A DNA stretch of 64,000 nt from Candidatus Bathyarchaeia archaeon (GTDB taxonomy: Archaea; Thermoproteota; Bathyarchaeia; Bathyarchaeales; Bathycorpusculaceae): positions 64,001 through 128,000 of the forward strand of contig JBEKOM010000002.1 of assembly GCA_049521795.1 (NCBI GenBank), in the 5' to 3' direction. Shown here one piece after another: positions 10,371 through 19,813 of this stretch; the first letter of the stretch is position 1, and the number at the start of each line of letters is the position of its first letter. The notes below the pieces were generated by a model, which was not told where the DNA came from, made no database searches, and saw only the letters and a program-made list of their open reading frames with translations. The position numbers and the translations under genes are program-made.

Positions 10371-11180
10371 CTATGAAGGGCTGATAGAAGCGACGATCTT
10401 CGTGGCTTTGCGAGCAGTTGTAATGTAGCCAGAATGGGCTGTCATCAGAGTCTGCGGTCGAGTCTTTCCCCTTTCTATCTGCATGCCCCTCATCAGGCAC
10501 TCAACCGTTTCAATGTCAGTGAAACCATTTTCATTCAATGCTTCAACAGTCTTGACAACCTGGTCTATCGTTGGGCTAAAGGTCACGATTGTCCCGCTGG
10601 ACCTCAAGGCTGTAAATGAGTGAGGGACAACCAGCCAAGGAACTGCTAAGTCCAGAATTACCGTATCAACGTCCTTCTCGTCTATTCCAGCGGTAACGTC
10701 TTTGTTTTTCAGTTCCACAAAATCAATTACACCCGCTCTTTCGAGATTTCTCTTGGCTGTCTTTTGAAATTCTTCTCTTATCTCATAGCTGTACACTCTT
10801 CCGCTTGGTCTCACATAATGGGCCAAGGCCGTCGTCAGTGCACCGGTCCCTGTTCCGGCCTCAACGACCCTGCTTCCTGGACCCATCCCGCTGAACATAA
10901 CTATCAAGGCTATGTCCTTTGGGTACATTATCTGCGTTTGCCTCGCTGACTTCATGATGAAGTCGCGCAGCAGAGGCTTCAAGACTGCGAACTCGAACCC
11001 CAGGCTGCTCAGGACTGTGCAGCCGAAATCTTTTCCCATCAGGTCATCGAACTTAACAAAACCCTTGTGTGTATGAAAGCTCTTGCCTTGCTCAACTCTG
11101 ACTAGGTAGGTTTTCCTCTGACTGAGGCTGAGAAGAACGAGGTCACCTTCGGTTATTACCTGACTTGCCAATTCTTTCAC
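10371..11180 (-). CDS. trmI: tRNA (adenine-57/58-N1)-methyltransferase
   Basis: FHTHKG, QIMYPKD, VVEAGTGTGAL, LDLAVPW, TRP..MTAHSGY. Confidence 0.95.
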   Translation of the reverse strand: MKELASQVITEGDLVLLSLSQRKTYLVRVEQGKSFHTHKGFVKFDDLMGKDFGCTVLSSLGFEFAVLKPLLRDFIMKSARQTQIMYPKDIALIVMFSGMGPGSRVVEAGTGTGALTTALAHYVRPSGRVYSYEIREEFQKTAKRNLERAGVIDFVELKNKDVTAGIDEKDVDTVILDLAVPWLVVPHSFTALRSSGTIVTFSPTIDQVVKTVEALNENGFTDIETVECLMRGMQIERGKTRPQTLMTAHSGYITTARKATKIVASISPS

Positions 11181-12658
11181 TAGGGTGTGTACTTAAACGG
11201 GTGCTTCGCCCGGTCCTTGTTCTCTATGAGTTCATCTACGCCTGGCCTGCCTTCCATCGTCTTGCGGATAGCATGTCGCATCGCCTTGTAATTGTTTATG
11301 TACACTCGTTGCCTGTCGACTGCCGTCGGGTGGACGAACACGTTCGCGATTATTATGAGTTCATCAGTGGCTTCTCTTGGAATCGTCCCGTCTGCAACAC
11401 TATCAACCACTGCTTTAGCCACCGCGGCCTGGGCTGGTCCGTAAACCATGCTTGCTTGGCGCATGCTGGCTATTGTCACTGTTGGGACGATCAGAGTTAC
11501 CGGTTTCACTGACAGGTTAGGTTCCAAGATGGCCAGTAACGGCTCGTGGCCTGAAGCCGGCGTTGCCTTGGCCTTCGCGAACGCATCGGCAACCGGTCCA
11601 TCTTTCTCCCCGATTAGAAGATCGATGTGCGCCACGTCTGAGCCCTGTCCAGCTAAGGCCTCACCTACACGCAGCTTGAATCTCTTGATCATTTCCGGTG
11701 TCAGGTCGATTGCCGCAAAACGTTCTTCGATGGGTCTCTCGGCCATCTCGAAGGCGACGGCCTTAGGCTTTATCTTTCCTACTTTCTCCAAGTCGAGACG
11801 CAGTTCTTCTCTTGCCTCATAGGTCAGTTCTCCGCCTACGCTTAGGGGTTTTCTAACAGGGCCAACCTTGATCTTCATCATGTTGAGAGCCTCTTTCGTG
11901 CCCACGGCTCCACTACCAGCAATGATCCTCGCAATTTTCTGAACCTTGTACTGCAGCTCGCGTGCCGGTTGAAGTTCACCTTTCTTCACGTGATCATAGA
12001 TTTGAACCCAGATGTCTGGAATCACGTTGGCGCTTGCAAGTATCGCGCCGGAACAGCCGGCAGCCAACCCTGCCAAGACGACCTCGTCGTGCCCGCAAAG
12101 AACGTTAATCTTGTCCCTCACCTTCTCAAGAACAGCCAGTATGAACTTGAGCTGCCCGCTACTGTCCTTTACTCCGACGATGTTTGGTATTTGGGCCAAG
12201 TCCTCAACCATTTGCCAAGGCAAATCCAACCCTGTGCACTGGGGAATGTTGTAGAGAATTATCGGCATGTCCACTTCGTTCGCTATCGTGTAAAAATGCT
12301 CGTAGATTCCGCGGTCAGCTGGCTTCAGGTAGAAAGGAGTAACGATCAGGGCTGCGGTAGCGCCAGCGTCCTTCGCATACCTTGTCATCTCCACAGTCTG
12401 GTCGGTTCCACTGGCTCCTGTTCCCGCTATTACAGGAACTCGCCCGTTAACTTCATCGATCACAATTTCGATCACGCGCCTTTTCTCCTCGGTTGTCATG
12501 TTCACGAATTCGCCGGTCGTCCCGCATGGAACGACGCCGTGGACGCCCAGTTCGAGGCAGTGGCTAACCAGGGTTCGAAGCCTCTCTTCGTCGACGGCTT
12601 TTCCATCATCTGTAAAGGGCGTGACCAAAGCTGGAAGAATTCCTTCAGGCTTGAACAT
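11180..12658 (-). CDS. dapA: Fusion of DapA-family (dihydrodipicolinate synthase-like) aldolase and formaldehyde-activating enzyme (Fae) domain
   Basis: N-terminal GTTGEF, ILYNIP, GVKDSSG; C-terminal ~165 aa VGEALAG..VAHIDLLIG..GPAQAAVAKAV..NYKAMR..KHPF is Fae. Confidence 0.9.
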   Translation of the reverse strand: MFKPEGILPALVTPFTDDGKAVDEERLRTLVSHCLELGVHGVVPCGTTGEFVNMTTEEKRRVIEIVIDEVNGRVPVIAGTGASGTDQTVEMTRYAKDAGATAALIVTPFYLKPADRGIYEHFYTIANEVDMPIILYNIPQCTGLDLPWQMVEDLAQIPNIVGVKDSSGQLKFILAVLEKVRDKINVLCGHDEVVLAGLAAGCSGAILASANVIPDIWVQIYDHVKKGELQPARELQYKVQKIARIIAGSGAVGTKEALNMMKIKVGPVRKPLSVGGELTYEAREELRLDLEKVGKIKPKAVAFEMAERPIEERFAAIDLTPEMIKRFKLRVGEALAGQGSDVAHIDLLIGEKDGPVADAFAKAKATPASGHEPLLAILEPNLSVKPVTLIVPTVTIASMRQASMVYGPAQAAVAKAVVDSVADGTIPREATDELIIIANVFVHPTAVDRQRVYINNYKAMRHAIRKTMEGRPGVDELIENKDRAKHPFKYTP

Positions 12659-12868
12659 TCGTCGTCCCTAGCTTCTAGTCAGATATCGCTCTTATATCGT
12701 TTAAGCTTCGAATTGGGGAACAATCTCGTGAGACCGTTCAAGACTCAATGTTCACATAATCGATAAAACTCCATGGAAGTAGTCCGCTGACTATTCTCTC
12801 GTTTTGGCCGAAAATACTTAAATTCCATTAGTTAATCAACAATTACTAAAATCTGGAGGACGACTGTC

Positions 12869-14152
12869 GTGACTGACCTAAGGGAAAGGTTGAAAATCAA
12901 TCAAGAAAACCTGAAGGAAATCAACGATTTTCTGCTGAGAAAGGACAATCAGCTTGTAAATGACCTGCTGGAAATCGTCGACAGGTACGGCGGGGTTGAT
13001 GAAATCAACCGCAAGGCCGAAGAAGCGCACAAGATCGACAAGCTCATAGACAGGCTTAGAAAGAGCGAATCGCCTTTTGTCAAAAACCTTGAATGGTTGA
13101 CTAAGCAACGTGACAAACAGGCTTTCATCAGCGTTTCAGAGTACAGGAGGAAAGTTCTTGGGAAGAAGGCGGATTCCATGAAGTTTGACGAGTCCCTCGC
13201 AGTAACCTTGGAGATCAGCGCGTTCAACTTCTTCCCATGGCTGGTTGAGGAAGCCCAGAAGGCTATTGCAAAACAGGAGCTTATGCCGGCGCGGTACATC
13301 CGTGTGCGTTCAATGAAGGAACAAGTCAAAGACGATGACATCCTGGCTTTCGCAGCAGCGATGCAGATCATCGGCGCATCATATGTTCAAACGCTTGACA
13401 CGAAAGGAACACTGCCTGGGCCAGATGGCAAACCGATCAACGTTCACTTGGCCGGCCCAGAGACAATTACTGGCTATTTCGGCGGAGTGGGTGTCCCGAA
13501 TGAGTATTCGCTGAAATGGGTTGATGAGTTTCTCCATTACTACACCGAGTATGGTCTTCCACAAGTGTTGAACACGAATTCGGGCACCGTCCTTCTGGGG
13601 TACTGGCTACACAAGCTGGGAATCAACATCGAATTCAAGATTTCAGTCTTCTTAGGAATTGATAACCCCTACTCGATCCTCTGGACGCTGATGACCGCGA
13701 AACTCTTCAGTCGACGTGATGGCTCAACGCCGCTTATCGGATTCAATCTTTCAAATTCTGTTGATAACACAACCATTGAACTGGCGGCTTACGTCCGCAA
13801 TGCTTTCGGGTTTGAAGATGTTGTTCGCCTTGAGCATCACATCACTGAAGCCTACAAGAGCATCGTTAGACAGCCGTACGACCGGACTGCTGAGCTTGTG
13901 AGGCTTGCTGACCACGTGAAGAACATCAGTGCCAAGCATGAGGGCGGAATTCCTGAGACAGAAAGAAAGAGGGATCACGCTTCAGACATCCTTGACTACT
14001 TCATGCCAAAGAAGGACATCATCGACAAGGGTTTGATGCCAAAGTTTCTCATAAATTACCTTGACAAACACGATGCATTGAACAGAACAGCTGAGGCTCT
14101 GACCAAACACGGATTGACGTTCATCGCGGCGCAGAACTTGCATAAGAAATAG
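12869..14152 (+). CDS. Hypothetical protein, 427 aa
   Basis: Long ORF, GGAGGA SD, globular enzyme-like composition; family not recognised. Confidence 0.8.
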   Translation: MTDLRERLKINQENLKEINDFLLRKDNQLVNDLLEIVDRYGGVDEINRKAEEAHKIDKLIDRLRKSESPFVKNLEWLTKQRDKQAFISVSEYRRKVLGKKADSMKFDESLAVTLEISAFNFFPWLVEEAQKAIAKQELMPARYIRVRSMKEQVKDDDILAFAAAMQIIGASYVQTLDTKGTLPGPDGKPINVHLAGPETITGYFGGVGVPNEYSLKWVDEFLHYYTEYGLPQVLNTNSGTVLLGYWLHKLGINIEFKISVFLGIDNPYSILWTLMTAKLFSRRDGSTPLIGFNLSNSVDNTTIELAAYVRNAFGFEDVVRLEHHITEAYKSIVRQPYDRTAELVRLADHVKNISAKHEGGIPETERKRDHASDILDYFMPKKDIIDKGLMPKFLINYLDKHDALNRTAEALTKHGLTFIAAQNLHKK

Positions 14153-14360
14153 TCTGTAGGTTAGGCGTCTGCCTTTCGCGCGCGCGCACACGCTAAGGCG
14201 AGTATGCAGACTACTAAAGTTAGTTTCTTTAAACTTCTCATTGTCTCGGCACCTCTAGAACAGACTAGTGAGCGAGTTCTATGAGAAGTTTATTTAACAT
14301 TTTCTATCATCGTCAGCATGTTTCTGTCACGTGTAAAGAAATAGTGTGCGTATGGAGGGA

Positions 14361-14618
14361 CTATCTCATTGAGCGGATGAAGCGTTGGTATATGTACACG
14401 AAGTATATGGAAGAAAACGCGGTCAACAATATTTCAAAAGCCAAAATAGCCTGGTTACTTTCCACAGCCATGAAGTATCCGTGGGTCAGGATGTCTGTAA
14501 AGACTAATATCTGCAGGAATATTGCTCCGCCTAAGCAACTTAGACCCATGGTGTGAAAAAGGGCTTGCCTGCGCCTGTCCTGCTTTGTCGTGTTGAACAT
14601 CGTTATCGTAAATGTCAA
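14361..14618 (-). CDS. Small two-TM membrane protein
   Basis: Two hydrophobic segments and a basic C-terminus. Confidence 0.6.
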   Translation of the reverse strand: MTFTITMFNTTKQDRRRQALFHTMGLSCLGGAIFLQILVFTDILTHGYFMAVESNQAILAFEILLTAFSSIYFVYIYQRFIRSMR

Positions 14619-14835
14619 GAGTTGATACTTTAATTAATACGTTATGAATCTTCACACACCACAAACCCTAGTGATCCACTCTCAATATCGATACTAAGAG
14701 TTTGGAACCATTCCATTCGTGAGTCCCCTTGGATTGAAGTTTCTAATCTGTCTATGCCAGAACTGCCGCGCCTTGGCCGCCGCTAGGGATAATAAGTTCT
14801 GTGCAAGAGAGTGAGTCTCAGGGTAGGAAATCAAG

Positions 14836-15339
14836 ATGGATGTTCTTGAAGCGATTAGGATTCGAAAGAGCATCAGAAAGTACAGGCCAGAACCAATTCC
14901 TAACGAGAAGCTGGAGACTATTCTGGAGGCTGCCCGTCTGGCTCCGTCGGCAGCAAACCGCCAACCTTGGCGCTTCGTCGTAGTTGAAGACGGGGAACGC
15001 AGGAAGGCTTTAGCAAGAGCGGCGAATGATCAGACGTTCATAGGCGACGCCGGGGTGATTGCGGTGGCGATTAGTGATCCTGAAAAGTCAGCCAGGTGGC
15101 ACGAAAAGGACACGATGATAGCGTTGGAACACGTGGTCTTGGCGGCCACAGCTCTGGGTTACGGCACTTGCTGGATAGGTGCATTCGACGAGGACGCGGT
15201 GAAGAGTCTGCTTAAGATTCCTGCAAAGATGAAAGTCGTCGCGCTGTTGCCAATAGGGGTGCCGGACGAAAAGCCTGCTCCTAGACCGAGAAGAAAGCTG
15301 TCAGAGATTTTCTTCAAAAACGAGTGGCAACCTTCTTGA
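14836..15339 (+). CDS. Nitroreductase family protein
   Basis: RKSIRKY, APSAANRQPWRF, LGYGTCWIG. Confidence 0.93.
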   Translation: MDVLEAIRIRKSIRKYRPEPIPNEKLETILEAARLAPSAANRQPWRFVVVEDGERRKALARAANDQTFIGDAGVIAVAISDPEKSARWHEKDTMIALEHVVLAATALGYGTCWIGAFDEDAVKSLLKIPAKMKVVALLPIGVPDEKPAPRPRRKLSEIFFKNEWQPS

Positions 15340-15360
15340 CGGGAGAGCAAGTGTTCCGCG

Positions 15361-16791
15361 TCAAGTGACAGTGCGGATGCCCTCTCTAATACTGCCTATT
15401 TGTTCAAAATTGTTTGTCAGAGTTCTGACGCGATAGGGACTTCTGATTAGCCTAGCGATCTGCCTTGATATGAAGCTTGGCCTTTTTACGAAGCGGTAGA
15501 AACCTTCATGTATCATTTGCTTTATTTCCTCGTAGGGGACCGCTGTTGGACATATTTCTGAAACTGCGACGCCTGTTTCCCAATAATCTCCGTTCTTTAG
15601 AAATCCCTTGGTTTCGAGTTCGTTCCACATGTCTGTTCCTGGAAAGACGCCCAGTATGTTGAACTGTGGCAGGTCTATGGGAATTCTGTTTGCAAAGTCG
15701 ATCGTGTTCTGAATTTCCTGTCTGGTCTCGTCAGGCGCGCCAACTATGAAAGACCCGACTATCACGTCTGCTCCCGCTTTTCTGGCCGTTCTCACCGCTG
15801 TCCTTGATTGGTCAGGTGTTATTCGCTTGTTGTAGTAATCTAGAATTCTTTGATTGGCGCTCTCCATGCCAAAGTACAAGATCTTGCACCCCGCTCTCGC
15901 AATCTCCCAGAGCATTTGGTAGGAAGCGTTACCCACTCTTCCTTCGCAGATCCACTCGATGTCCAGCTTTTCATTTTTCATTCCTCTGCAAAGCTCGACC
16001 ACATTCTTTGGGTTAGCGGTGAAATTGTCGTCAACAAAGATGAACTGTCTGTATCCTTCAGACGCAAGAAAACACAGTTCTTCCAAAGTGCTCTTCACGG
16101 ACCTAGGCCTCCACCTGTTACGAGCAAACTGCGCACAAGAACAGAACCGGCAATGGTAAAAGCAACCGCGGGAAGAAACGATGCTTGTGAACTTTCTTGG
16201 GGCAACATTCGCTCCTGCAATCACAGAGTGGTAGTCTTCACTGATTAGGGCACGGTCGGGAAAGGGAAGAGAATCCAAGTCCTCTATCAGAGGTCTGTCA
16301 GCCGTCGAAACGACTGCGTTTCCGTTCCTGAAGCTGATTCCAAGAACTTCTTTAAGCCTGCGTCTGTTCTCGAACCAATCTACTAAATCGATGACTGTGC
16401 GTTCTGCTTCTCCTCGAACGATGATGTCGACTGAAGGATATTTTCTCAGAATTCTTTCAGGATTAAACGTAGCGTAATAATTCCCGAACACTACGATAAC
16501 GTTCGGGTTTTCCTTCTTAACCTCGCTGCTTATCAGCGCGGCCGTGCGACCTGAGCTTGCAAAAGTTGAAAAACCAAGAATATCAGGATTCTCAGTCTTA
16601 ATCCAGCTGATCGTTTCCTTCAGCGTAAAACCCTTTGCTGCCTGATCCAGAACAGAAACCTCAACGCCTCTCGTTTCAAGGACCGCGGCCAAATACAAGA
16701 CGCCCAGAGGAGGCCACGCGCCGACCGACTTCTTTCCCTCACGTTCATCCAAATCTGCGTTCGGACCAGCAGCAACGAAAGAAAACTTCAT
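15361..16791 (-). CDS. B12-binding radical SAM protein
   Basis: PPLGVLYLAA B12-binding domain, SRGCFYHCRFC CxxxCxxC, FVDDNF, GMES. Confidence 0.92.
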   Translation of the reverse strand: MKFSFVAAGPNADLDEREGKKSVGAWPPLGVLYLAAVLETRGVEVSVLDQAAKGFTLKETISWIKTENPDILGFSTFASSGRTAALISSEVKKENPNVIVVFGNYYATFNPERILRKYPSVDIIVRGEAERTVIDLVDWFENRRRLKEVLGISFRNGNAVVSTADRPLIEDLDSLPFPDRALISEDYHSVIAGANVAPRKFTSIVSSRGCFYHCRFCSCAQFARNRWRPRSVKSTLEELCFLASEGYRQFIFVDDNFTANPKNVVELCRGMKNEKLDIEWICEGRVGNASYQMLWEIARAGCKILYFGMESANQRILDYYNKRITPDQSRTAVRTARKAGADVIVGSFIVGAPDETRQEIQNTIDFANRIPIDLPQFNILGVFPGTDMWNELETKGFLKNGDYWETGVAVSEICPTAVPYEEIKQMIHEGFYRFVKRPSFISRQIARLIRSPYRVRTLTNNFEQIGSIREGIRTVT

Positions 16792-16833
16792 ACCCCGACC
16801 TGGCCTACCTTCAAACTCTGGCGAAAAATACTA

Positions 16834-17022
16834 TTATTCCTTTCCATCCGCAGAGGATCCAGCCTTAGCTTGGTTTTCAGTTAATCTGGTTAGCCTCGTT
16901 CCGGAGTATATGCTCAAGCTGTCTCCCTCTCCGATTTCTCGCCCGCAGCTAGGGGATTTGGTATTTGATATCCCTGCCCAAAGTGTTTGTTGCTGCCTAT
17001 TAGGTTTTTCAAAGATGCACAC
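16834..17022 (-). pseudogene. Decayed zinc-ribbon fragment
   Basis: KSPSCGREIGEGDSLSIYSGTRL resembles CxxCG...CxxCG with 3 of 4 Cys codons replaced by Ser codons one base from TGC. Confidence 0.4.
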
Positions 17023-17250
17023 GCGGTCCTCTACTCTCTGATTTGAGCAGCTTCAGAACATAACGCGCGATAAGAAGAGATTTAAGAAGTGCACGGTTGA
17101 ACCTGATTGCAAGCAACGTTCTAGCTGGGAAGACAGGGTCATTGGTCTGATGAAGCGGGCGCTGAGAGTGTTATGCTGTGCTTCTGTGCTCCTGTGAGAC
17201 TGTGAGGATTTGTCTAGGCGTGGTGTTTCGCGTTTGACCCCCTCTTTTCG

Positions 17251-17294
17251 TGGTAACGGTTTTGGTAATGTTGCGTGGTAATGTTTTGTGGTAA
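17251..17294 (+). repeat. Four phased TGGTAA direct repeats (operator-like)
   Basis: TGGTAA at 17251, 17263, 17276 and 17289 (spacing 12/13/13). Confidence 0.8.
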
Positions 17295-17300
17295 CATTTC

Positions 17301-17446
17301 TTGAAGAAGCAGACAGGCGTGTGGGTCAATGCTCAAGTCCGGGGGCCTACGGGAGTATCTGCAGCCGCGAGAAGCTGCGGCCATCCAAGCCCATAGAGGA
17401 GTTTCTTAGACTTGTGGCTGAAGCTTTGACCGGGGCGAGATCCTGA
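17301..17446 (+). pseudogene. Frameshifted small RHH-like DNA-binding gene
   Basis: TTG start; adding one G in the G-run at 17341-17345 gives MKKQTGVWVNAQVRGAYGSICSREKLRPSKPIEEFLRLVAEALTGARS (strand-helix-helix pattern). Confidence 0.4.
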
Positions 17447-17525
17447 ATCCTAGAAGATCATAAGCCCCACATAGGAACAATTGGCCTTCCGTCGCCTACA
17501 AAAGTGCGGTATGCTTTTCCAGTCT

Positions 17526-18527
17526 TCAGAGACCGATGCTGTTAATTACGGCGCCTGAGTTGCCATCGATTACCAAGACTATCTTGTTCCCCTTGTGGTC
17601 GTACTGGGCAAACCATATCGGCGCATAGAGCAGCTCTGCATCCGCGACGTCCACGTCCGTGTGTAGTTGTTGGATCATGTGGTACTGCGCATGCGCCTTC
17701 TCGGACTGCAATTGGTCGACCAGCGTTTTCGCTTGATAGTTGGCAGCTTCTTGTCCAACATCACCGTTCAGGATCTTTATGCCCTTTGGGACCTTCGAGA
17801 CGTCGAAGAGGTCCCTGTCATCGAGGCTGAACTGGTAATTTCTAGGCTGGTGCTCGGTAAGGGCCTTCAGCGCCACTACCGGGAAATTGTAGTTGTTGTC
17901 CATCTCGTAGGTCTTCTTCGCACCGCCTTGACCTTGGCCCATCATGCCGCCTAGCACTGCTCCTGCAAGAAGAGGCCCTGCGAAGCCTCCCCCGCCCCTT
18001 CTGCCACCCATAGCGGACCCCATAACGCCAAAGAGAGCCGCGGTAGTGGCGATCTCTCCAGCTTGGACTACCATGTCACTCGCTACGATCGATGTTCTTG
18101 CCGACACGGACACGATCCAGTATGGGACAAAGCTCAGGTTCATCTCCTCAAGCGTTGAACTCTCCTGAAGGTGCCGGTGCAGCAATCCCCTATCCATGAG
18201 ATCGTGAATCTTGGCCACGACTTGTTCTCTTCCTCCAAACTTGAGCGGAAGCATCGTCTGCTTCTGCACGCCTTTCCAGCCGTCGTTTCCGAGCGTTATC
18301 CCGGTTCCGCAGTACTCGCACGTTATGATCATCTCGCCAAACTTGGGCGAGATGGGTGCGCCGCAGCTGGGGCACTTCAGCGCAGTTGCTCCCAAAGGAG
18401 CCAAGATCGGTGCCGTCGACGCTGCAGCCTGCTTCGGCTGCCCAGTAGCGACGCTGGTTCCGCACTTCAAGCAAAAGGCTGCATCATCTGGAAGTTGAGC
18501 ACCGCACTTAGAACAGTACAAGGTCAT
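17526..18527 (-). CDS. Double zinc-ribbon protein with Gly-rich hydrophobic hairpin
   Basis: CSKCG..CLKCG and CPSCG..CEYCG; FVPYW and YAPIW motifs; IDGNSG near the C-terminus. Confidence 0.8.
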   Translation of the reverse strand: MTLYCSKCGAQLPDDAAFCLKCGTSVATGQPKQAAASTAPILAPLGATALKCPSCGAPISPKFGEMIITCEYCGTGITLGNDGWKGVQKQTMLPLKFGGREQVVAKIHDLMDRGLLHRHLQESSTLEEMNLSFVPYWIVSVSARTSIVASDMVVQAGEIATTAALFGVMGSAMGGRRGGGGFAGPLLAGAVLGGMMGQGQGGAKKTYEMDNNYNFPVVALKALTEHQPRNYQFSLDDRDLFDVSKVPKGIKILNGDVGQEAANYQAKTLVDQLQSEKAHAQYHMIQQLHTDVDVADAELLYAPIWFAQYDHKGNKIVLVIDGNSGAVINSIGL

Positions 18528-18880
18528 TCCACCCCGTTAATACGACTTGCCAAACGCGATCGATCCATCTGCCGATGACCTTCGCCAACATGGCTTGAAA
18601 CCTGCCCTCTTATATTTGAATTATCTTCTGGCAATTTGATCATTTAGAAACACGCGTCTACGGGCTTTCCTTGCGCACCGCCTTATAAATAAATGTTGGA
18701 ATCAAGAGGACCAAACGACATCTAGCGATCCTTGTTGTCCAGACGCATGAGTGTATGAGTCGAGTATCCGCTTTTGACATGCTTTGGCGGAAAAACTCTT
18801 TAAGTAGCTAAAAGCCCAAACCCTTCCTAAGGCTCGAATCACGTAGTACACGAAACGTCTGACGAAGAGGGCCCGAAGTC

Positions 18881-19813
18881 TTGCAGGAATATTTAATCGG
18901 AGCAGGTGGATGGGCATATTTTCAAATTCCAGGAGTCAACTCCTTAGCAGCGTACTCTAAGGTTTTCAACTTTGTCGAAGTAAACTCGACATTCTACCAG
19001 ATACCTCCCCTGAATGGAGTGGAAAAGTGGAGAAGACTGGTGCCGCCAGACTTTCAATTCAGCGTCAGAGCGCATCGCTCAATCACCCTCACCTACAAGT
19101 TCCAACCCGTTGAACAGGCTGCTGAGACTCTTGAAAAAATGAGAAAAATATGTCAGGTTCTAAAAGCGAATGTCCTGCACCTTCAAGTTCCGCGATCATT
19201 CAAGCTGAATCTCGCATCAGTCAAAGACTTCCGTTTCCTCCTTTCCTCAGTGGACCTTGGGAACATGCGCGTAGCCCTCGAAGTAAGACGGGCACCTGGC
19301 CAAATGCTCCCGCCTGAACTCTTGAAGATCATGCAAGACAAGAACATGGTGCACTGCGTAGATTTGTCGAAAGGCGAGGAACCCGCTTACGAGTCAGACC
19401 TATTGTACACCAGACTCTTCGGAAAGGGGCAACACAACATTTACCAGCCAACCGATGGAGAACTGGTCGAAATAGATCGGAGGGCCTCCGCGTCAAAGTC
19501 ACAAAAAGTAGCCATGAGCTTTCATTTTGTAAGAATGTACAAAGACGCTGTAAGGCTGAAGAAATACAAGCAGACGGGCAAGTTTCCAATGATCACAAGA
19601 TCAACCGGCCTCTCTTCCCTTGAAGAGGTTCTCAGAGAAGACGCAGAATTTCCTGCCACGAAACACCAGCTTGTCCACAAGCAAGGATGGAAACTCTTCG
19701 ACATGACAGAAACGGCAAGAGTCCACGCAGAGGAAGCCCTCCAAGAACTTCCTGAAGGGACCTACAACAACATCGCCGAAGTGATGGACAGATTAGAACA
19801 TATCCCCCGGTGA
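18881..19813 (+). CDS. DUF72-family protein with DUF2795-like C-terminal domain
   Basis: IGAGGWAY, FVEVNSTFYQIP, ALEVR, YTRLFG; tail AEFPATKHQL..LPEGTYNNIAEV. Confidence 0.8.
   Translation: MQEYLIGAGGWAYFQIPGVNSLAAYSKVFNFVEVNSTFYQIPPLNGVEKWRRLVPPDFQFSVRAHRSITLTYKFQPVEQAAETLEKMRKICQVLKANVLHLQVPRSFKLNLASVKDFRFLLSSVDLGNMRVALEVRRAPGQMLPPELLKIMQDKNMVHCVDLSKGEEPAYESDLLYTRLFGKGQHNIYQPTDGELVEIDRRASASKSQKVAMSFHFVRMYKDAVRLKKYKQTGKFPMITRSTGLSSLEEVLREDAEFPATKHQLVHKQGWKLFDMTETARVHAEEALQELPEGTYNNIAEVMDRLEHIPR

Noticed and set aside
11969-12766. 265-aa plus-strand ORF and other antisense ORFs in the track
   Set aside because: Shadow frames of well-supported genes on the opposite strand.
17150-17197. Micro-ORF MKRALRVLCCASVLL near the B12 radical SAM
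   Set aside because: No convincing SD site and no link to a modifying enzyme; compatible with chance.
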